49,323 nt of DNA from Kiloniellaceae bacterium (GTDB lineage Bacteria; Pseudomonadota; Alphaproteobacteria; Kiloniellales; J153): contig JAJFGI010000423.1 of assembly GCA_021776215.1 (NCBI GenBank), positions 1 to 49,323 on the forward strand, read 5' to 3'. Within the stretch, counting starts at the first letter, position 1, and each line of letters opens with the position of its first letter. The notes under the pieces were generated by a model. That model was not told the DNA's origin, did not search any database, and worked only from the letters and a program-made list of their open reading frames with translations. A program made the translations under genes and the position numbers. Below are positions 44,058 through 49,323 of this stretch, piece after piece.

Positions 44058-44445
44058 AAACAAAAATTGATCGTTTGTCTAATGTAACACTGTTTCCTAC
44101 CTTAGAGCCAGACGACGAACCACACAGGGTTTGGTCGAAAGAGCGCTAAGCGATGACGAACTTCCTGAAGCATAACTCGTGGTTTCGGCTGGTCGGGGCG
44201 TTCGCAGCCCTAATCGATCTCGGCCTATTGACGAGCTGATTGTTCGATAGTGGCACCGCGGGTGCCTCGTCGGAGCCGGAGGGGACGCGCCGTGACTGTA
44301 GACCTCGCACTGACAGTCTTTGATTGGTGCGCCGCCATCGTGGCGGTCCTGTGGAGCGGCGCGATGGTGACCGCATGGATCACCGGCCAGCTGGACAAAT
44401 ACGAGCCGAACCAGCCCGCCGCGATCAAGCCAAAGGAGCCAATAA

Positions 44446-45105
44446 ATGAACCTCACTCTGCCGATGCTTCCATACCCGGACGACGCCTTGGAACCGCATA
44501 TCTCGCGCGCGACGCTGAAGATCCATCATGGCAAACACCATCGGGCTTATGTGGAGAAGGCCAAGGCGCTGGCAAAGGAACTGCGTCTGGACGACCAACC
44601 GCTCGAATGGATCATACAACAGACCGCCAAAGAGGATCGCCACCGCGCCCTGTTCAACAATGCGGCGCAGGCCTGGAACCACGCCTTTTACTGGCGCTCC
44701 CTCGTGCCGAACGGCGGCGGCGCGCCCACCGGCGAGATCGGCAAACGGATCGACAGCGATCTCGGCGGCTATGACACGTTTGCCCAGCAATTCGCGGACG
44801 CCGCCGTTGGGCAATTCGGCAGCGGCTGGGCTTGGCTTGTGCTTGACGGCGACAAGCTCCGGGTTACGGCCACCTCGAACGCCGACACACCGCTCGCTCA
44901 CGGCCAGACGCCGCTGCTTGGTATCGATGTGTGGGAACACGCCTACTATCTCGACTATCAGAACCGCCGGGCGGATTACGCGGCCGGGGTTATCGAGCAC
45001 CTGATCAACTGGGACTTCGCCAACCGAAACCTGAGCCGCCGGAAAGCGTCGGCAAGCGTGCTCCAGCCGCTTGTCGAAGGTGCCCGGACGAGCACCGGGC
45101 TCTGA
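44446..45105 (+). CDS. sodB: Fe-type superoxide dismutase
   Basis: LPYPDDALEPHISRATLKIHHGKHHRAYV...AAQAWNHAFYW...GSGWAWL...DVWEHAYYLDYQNRRADY. All four metal ligands are present. An AAGGAG site lies upstream. Confidence 0.93.
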   Translation: MNLTLPMLPYPDDALEPHISRATLKIHHGKHHRAYVEKAKALAKELRLDDQPLEWIIQQTAKEDRHRALFNNAAQAWNHAFYWRSLVPNGGGAPTGEIGKRIDSDLGGYDTFAQQFADAAVGQFGSGWAWLVLDGDKLRVTATSNADTPLAHGQTPLLGIDVWEHAYYLDYQNRRADYAAGVIEHLINWDFANRNLSRRKASASVLQPLVEGARTSTGL

Positions 45106-45123
45106 CCGCCGAGAGCAAGGGCC

Positions 45124-46758
45124 ATGGCAGTCACGGAAATGCCAACCGGAATCCTGCGTCCCGTAGACCATCCGACCGGATGGCGACGCTGGGCCTATTC
45201 GACCAACCACAAAGACATTGGCACGATGTATATCGTGCTGTCTATCTCGGCCGGACTTCTCGGCAGTCTACTGTCGGTCGCCATGCGCACCGAATTAGCC
45301 GAGCCGGGACTGCAGATCTTTACCGACCCACAGCTCTTCAACGTCTTCGTCTCGGCGCACGGCCTGATCATGATCTTCTTCGTGCTGATGCCGGCGCTCA
45401 TCGGCGGCTTCGGCAACTGGTTTGTGCCGCTGCTGATCGGTGCGCCCGACATGGCGTTTCCGCGGCTCAACAACATCAGCTTCTGGCTTCTGATTCCGTC
45501 GCTCGCCCTCCTGGTCGCGTCGATGTTCACCGGCACGGGGGCGGGGACGGGCTGGACTCTCTATCCGCCGCTCAGCAACCTGGGGCACCCGGGGCCCGCC
45601 GTCGATATGCTGATCTTCGCGCTGCATTTGGCCGGCGCGTCGTCGATCCTCGGCGCTATCAACTTCATCACTACGATCTTCAACATGCGCGCCCCAGGCA
45701 TGGTCCTGCACAAGATGCCGCTGTTCGTTTGGTCTATGCTGGTGACTGCGTTCATGATCCTGCTCGCCCTGCCGGTCCTCGGTGGCGCCATCACCATGCT
45801 GCTGACCGATCGCAACTTCGGCACGGCGTTCTTCATGCCCGCCGGTGGCGGAGATCCGCTCCTGTTCCAGCACCTCTTCTGGTTCTTTGGCCATCCCGAG
45901 GTCTACATTATGATTCTGCCCGGATTCGGGATTATCAGCCATGTCGTATCGACATTCTCCAAGAAGCCGATTTTCGGTTACCTCGGCATGGTCTACGCGC
46001 TGGTCGGGATCGGATTCGTCGGCTTTCTGGTGTGGGCCCATCATATGTTCACGGTCGGGTTGGCCGTCGACACGCGCGCCTACTTCGCCGCGGCCAGCAT
46101 GGTCATCGCCGTCCCCACCGGGATCAAGATTTTCAGTTGGATCGCGACCATGTGGGGCGGCTCGATCGAATTCAAGACCCCAATGCTGTTCGCGATAGGC
46201 TTCATTCTGTTGTTTACCATCGGCGGCGTGACCGGCGTGGTCCTGGCCAATGCCGGCGTCGATATCGTGCTGCACGATACCTACTACGTCGTTGCGCATT
46301 TCCACTACGTGATGTCGCTCGGCTCGGCCTTCGCCATCTTTGCCGGATTCTACTACTGGATCGGCAAGATGTCCGGCCGCCAGTATCCGGAGATGTTGGG
46401 CAAGATCCATTTCTGGCTGACCTTCGTGGGTGTCAATCTGACGTTCTTCCCGATGCATTTTCTCGGCCTTGCCGGCATGCCGCGCCGGATCGCGGATTAT
46501 CCGGATGCGTTCGCGAATTGGAACCTGGTGGCCTCGATCGGCAGCTACATTTCCCTCGCCGGTTTTCTGGTATTCCTGCTTTTGGTCTGGCGGACCCTGG
46601 CCGCGGGCAAGCGTTGTCCCGCCAACCCCTGGGGCGCGGGCGCGACGACCTTGGAGTGGACTCTGCCGTCGCCGGCGCCGTTCCATACGTTCAATGAGCT
46701 GCCGGACCTGACGGGCGAGGGAACGGTATCCGCGGGTGCGGCACCGCGGAGCAGCTAA
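45124..46758 (+). CDS. ctaD: Cytochrome c oxidase subunit I (aa3-type)
   Basis: [36 protein letters not shown] and [12 protein letters not shown] are all present, so the heme a, heme a3 and CuB ligands are intact. Confidence 0.95.
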   Translation: MAVTEMPTGILRPVDHPTGWRRWAYSTNHKDIGTMYIVLSISAGLLGSLLSVAMRTELAEPGLQIFTDPQLFNVFVSAHGLIMIFFVLMPALIGGFGNWFVPLLIGAPDMAFPRLNNISFWLLIPSLALLVASMFTGTGAGTGWTLYPPLSNLGHPGPAVDMLIFALHLAGASSILGAINFITTIFNMRAPGMVLHKMPLFVWSMLVTAFMILLALPVLGGAITMLLTDRNFGTAFFMPAGGGDPLLFQHLFWFFGHPEVYIMILPGFGIISHVVSTFSKKPIFGYLGMVYALVGIGFVGFLVWAHHMFTVGLAVDTRAYFAAASMVIAVPTGIKIFSWIATMWGGSIEFKTPMLFAIGFILLFTIGGVTGVVLANAGVDIVLHDTYYVVAHFHYVMSLGSAFAIFAGFYYWIGKMSGRQYPEMLGKIHFWLTFVGVNLTFFPMHFLGLAGMPRRIADYPDAFANWNLVASIGSYISLAGFLVFLLLVWRTLAAGKRCPANPWGAGATTLEWTLPSPAPFHTFNELPDLTGEGTVSAGAAPRSS

Positions 46759-46773
46759 AGGCGGAGGCTTTCC

Positions 46774-48726
46774 ATGACAGCATCCAAGACGATCGATACA
46801 TCCCAATACCTTGCCCATCGAGGCTGGATCGACGGAGCGACCTATCGAAAGTGGTACGCGCAATCAATTGACGATCCGCAGAAGTTCTGGGCCGAGCATG
46901 GCAAACATATCGACTGGGTCAAACCCTACAGCAAAGTGCGGGATGTGAGCTACGGCCCGGACGACGTTCACATCCGCTGGTTCCACGACGGCACGCTGAA
47001 CGCGTCCTACAACTGCCTTGATCGGCACCTCGACAAGCACGGGAACCGGACCGCTATCATCTGGGAGGGCGATGATCCGGCGGATCATAGGAAGATCACG
47101 TATCGCGCCCTGTACGAGGCCGTCTGCCGCCTGGCCAATGGATTGAAGGCCCTGGGCGTTGGAAAAGGCGACCGGGTGACGATCTATCTTCCGATGATTC
47201 CGGAGGCGGCAATCGCGATGCTCGCCTGCGCGCGGATCGGCGCGATCCACTCCGTGGTCTTCGGCGGGTTCTCGTCGGACTCGCTGGCCAACCGTATCCA
47301 GGACTGTGGCTCGACAGTCGTGATAACCGCCGACGAGGGATTGCGCGCGGGCCGCAGGATTCCGCTAAAGAGCAATGTGGACAAGGCGTTGAAGTCGTGC
47401 CCGGCGATCGAGAAATGCATCGTCGTCAAGCGGACCGGCGGCGACATCCCGTGGGATGCCGAACGCGACGTCCGGTACGAGGACCTGGTCGCTACTCAAT
47501 CGGCCGACTGCCCGGCCGAGGAAATGGGTGCCGAGGACCCGCTGTTCATCCTCTATACCTCGGGCTCGACCGGTAAGCCGAAGGGCGTATTGCACACGAC
47601 CGGGGGCTATCTTGTCGCCTGCGCCATGACTCACCGTTACGTTCTCGATTACCACGAGGGCGATGTCTACTGGTGCACCGCGGATGTCGGCTGGGTTACG
47701 GGGCACAGCTACATTGTCTACGGGCCGCTCGCCAACGGCGCGACGACGGTCATCTTCGAGGGTGTGCCGACCCACCCGAGCCCGTCGCGGTTCTGGGAGG
47801 TCTGCGACAAGCACGGGGTCACCATCTTCTACACCGCGCCGACGGCGATCCGCGCCCTGATGCGCGAGGGGGACGGCCCGGTCAGGACGACCCGTCGCGC
47901 GTCGATCCGCCTGCTTGGTTCCGTCGGCGAGCCGATCAACCCCGAGGCCTGGCTCTGGTACTACAACGTCGTCGGCGAGGGGCGCTGCCCCGTCGTCGAC
48001 ACTTGGTGGCAGACCGAGACCGGGGCGATCTTGATCGCCCCCATCCCCGGCGTGACGGAGCTCAAGCCCGGCTCCGCGACGAACCCGTTTTTCGGTGTGC
48101 GGCCCGTGATCGTCGACAACGACGGCAACGAAATCACAGGCCCCGGCGAGGGCAACCTGTGCTTGATCGACGGCGGGCCAGGTATGATGCGGACGGTCTT
48201 CGGCGACCCCCAACGTTTCGTCGACACCTATTTCAGGGCATTCCCGGGCAAGTACTTCACGGGCGACGGTTGCCGGCGAGACGAGGATGGCGACTATTGG
48301 ATCACCGGCCGGGTCGACGACGTGATCAACGTCTCCGGCCACCGCCTCGGGACGGCCGAGATCGAGAGTGCCCTCGTCGCCCATCCGACGGTCGCGGAGG
48401 CCGCCGTGGTCGGCTATCCGCACGACCTGAAGGGCCAGGGCATCTATGCCTATGTCACCCTGAAGGCCGGCGAGGAACCGACTGCGGAATTGCGCAATGC
48501 GCTCGTGCACTGGGTCCGCAAGGAAATCGGGCCGATCGCCAGTCCCGACCTCATCCAGTGGGCGTCGGCGTTGCCCAAGACCCGCTCCGGCAAGATCATG
48601 CGGCGGATCCTGCGCAAGATCGCGGAGAATGACTTCGCCAATCTGGGCGATACATCAACGCTGGCCGATCCTGCCGTCGTCGATGGTTTGGTCGTGTCGC
48701 GTAAGGGGATCGATTCGGCGACATAG
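46774..48726 (+). CDS. acs: Acetyl-CoA synthetase (AMP-forming)
   Basis: 650 aa with [39 protein letters not shown] and the [14 protein letters not shown]-terminal motif. Confidence 0.97.
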   Translation: MTASKTIDTSQYLAHRGWIDGATYRKWYAQSIDDPQKFWAEHGKHIDWVKPYSKVRDVSYGPDDVHIRWFHDGTLNASYNCLDRHLDKHGNRTAIIWEGDDPADHRKITYRALYEAVCRLANGLKALGVGKGDRVTIYLPMIPEAAIAMLACARIGAIHSVVFGGFSSDSLANRIQDCGSTVVITADEGLRAGRRIPLKSNVDKALKSCPAIEKCIVVKRTGGDIPWDAERDVRYEDLVATQSADCPAEEMGAEDPLFILYTSGSTGKPKGVLHTTGGYLVACAMTHRYVLDYHEGDVYWCTADVGWVTGHSYIVYGPLANGATTVIFEGVPTHPSPSRFWEVCDKHGVTIFYTAPTAIRALMREGDGPVRTTRRASIRLLGSVGEPINPEAWLWYYNVVGEGRCPVVDTWWQTETGAILIAPIPGVTELKPGSATNPFFGVRPVIVDNDGNEITGPGEGNLCLIDGGPGMMRTVFGDPQRFVDTYFRAFPGKYFTGDGCRRDEDGDYWITGRVDDVINVSGHRLGTAEIESALVAHPTVAEAAVVGYPHDLKGQGIYAYVTLKAGEEPTAELRNALVHWVRKEIGPIASPDLIQWASALPKTRSGKIMRRILRKIAENDFANLGDTSTLADPAVVDGLVVSRKGIDSAT

Positions 48727-48755
48727 CGGCCGATCGGTGACAAATGAGGGGAGCG

Positions 48756-49055
48756 ATGTCTCGCGCTGGACCAGAAATGACCATACTGGACGACATCCTG
48801 TACTTGGACCTCGGCGATGAAATCAACGATCCTGTCCTGCGGGACACGGCGGCGTGCATTCAGGAAATCACACCCGCCATTGATCAGCTATCGCAGCGGT
48901 ATGGTGCCGGCTCGACTATGGCGGCGCTGATCGAGATCGCGGTCAATTTGGCGATCGACTGCGGCGATCCGGCCACGATCGCCACTGCATTGCGTCGGAA
49001 CGCGGAGATGCTCGATGTCGAAGCTCATATCCGCCACAGCACCAGTGCCTTGTAA
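48756..49055 (+). CDS. Hypothetical 99-aa protein
   Basis: The ATG follows a GAGGGGA site. No recognisable domain. Confidence 0.35.
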   Translation: MSRAGPEMTILDDILYLDLGDEINDPVLRDTAACIQEITPAIDQLSQRYGAGSTMAALIEIAVNLAIDCGDPATIATALRRNAEMLDVEAHIRHSTSAL

Positions 49056-49323
49056 CGGTATCGTCAAACCAAGGAGACGACATATGCCGCTTGATCATTG
49101 CACCTATTTGGAACATCGCGACGTGAAAAGCCCCGCCTCTTTGGACGGTACCGAAAGACGAACCGCCGTAGCTGTCCGCAACCAAAATGGTCCAACACGT
49201 TGCAGTCCAAGCGCAGTCTTGCGTCGGAACAATCCGCCTTGCACAGGCGAAAAGCTCTCTTCCACGCCCGAAGTCGCCGCGGAGACGGAGCGGATACGCC
49301 GCGGCTCGAATATTGACTCACGT

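Noticed and set aside
44250-44774. ORF with a GGAGG-preceded GTG (44292) and a TM-like N-terminus upstream of sodB
   Set aside because: The frame continues about 330 nt into sodB in a different frame without a stop, so a real gene is unlikely. I cannot exclude a short leader peptide or a sequencing frameshift hiding a small membrane protein.
44931-46863. 588-aa plus-strand and 522-aa minus-strand ORFs overlapping ctaD
   Set aside because: ctaD in the third frame has every heme and Cu ligand motif. The overlapping ORFs translate to Arg/Pro/Gly-rich sequences with no motifs, so they are GC-driven shadow ORFs.
47365-48632. 381-aa minus-strand and 319-aa plus-strand ORFs inside acs
   Set aside because: For the same reason: acs is unambiguous and these are off-frame or antisense shadows.

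Overview
High-GC, alphaproteobacterium-like (Hyphomicrobiales-type) chromosomal segment. All calls come from reading the ORF track and the sequence by eye; no searches or computed alignments were run.

Gene content, in order:
- The 3-prime end of rpoD.
- A degenerate tRNA(CAU) copy, a PRC-barrel gene, then an intact tRNA(CAU).
- A pile of IS6-family and serine-recombinase debris.
- Small stress-type genes: a lipoprotein, a frameshifted CsbD, and DUF3096.
- A 1579-aa CheB-CheR-PAS-histidine kinase-REC-REC-LuxR megaprotein preceded by an ECF sigma factor.
- An ice-binding-like (DUF3494) PEP-CTERM-like protein, sitting between a direct duplication of the kinase gene's 3-prime end.
- Two Fe/Mn-SOD paralogs, one with an atypical ligand position.
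- An AI-2E transporter and envelope proteins (OmpA-like, glycine-zipper, Met-rich, DUF302).
- A DeoR / SLOG (TIGR00725) / ABC-transporter module bracketed by IS6-type termini.
- A HigB'-HigA-recombinase' junction.
- tandem Rnk paralogs; an NDUFS4-like protein; a double-DUF1127 protein.
- LysR, then sodB-ctaD-acs.

Most interesting locus: a tightly coupled six-gene Hyf/Ehr-type membrane complex at 30218-37373. Its hydrogenase-like large subunit appears to have lost all four [NiFe]-ligating cysteines, while the NuoB-like subunit keeps its [4Fe-4S] cysteines. No ferredoxin subunit, formate dehydrogenase or hyp maturation genes are in the window.

Second recurring theme: at least eleven IS6-type terminal repeats (consensus GGCAnTGTCA), including a two-copy ~130-bp MITE-like element, plus many truncated genes. 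The window is a heavily rearranged mosaic.

No CRISPR array or rRNA gene was seen.
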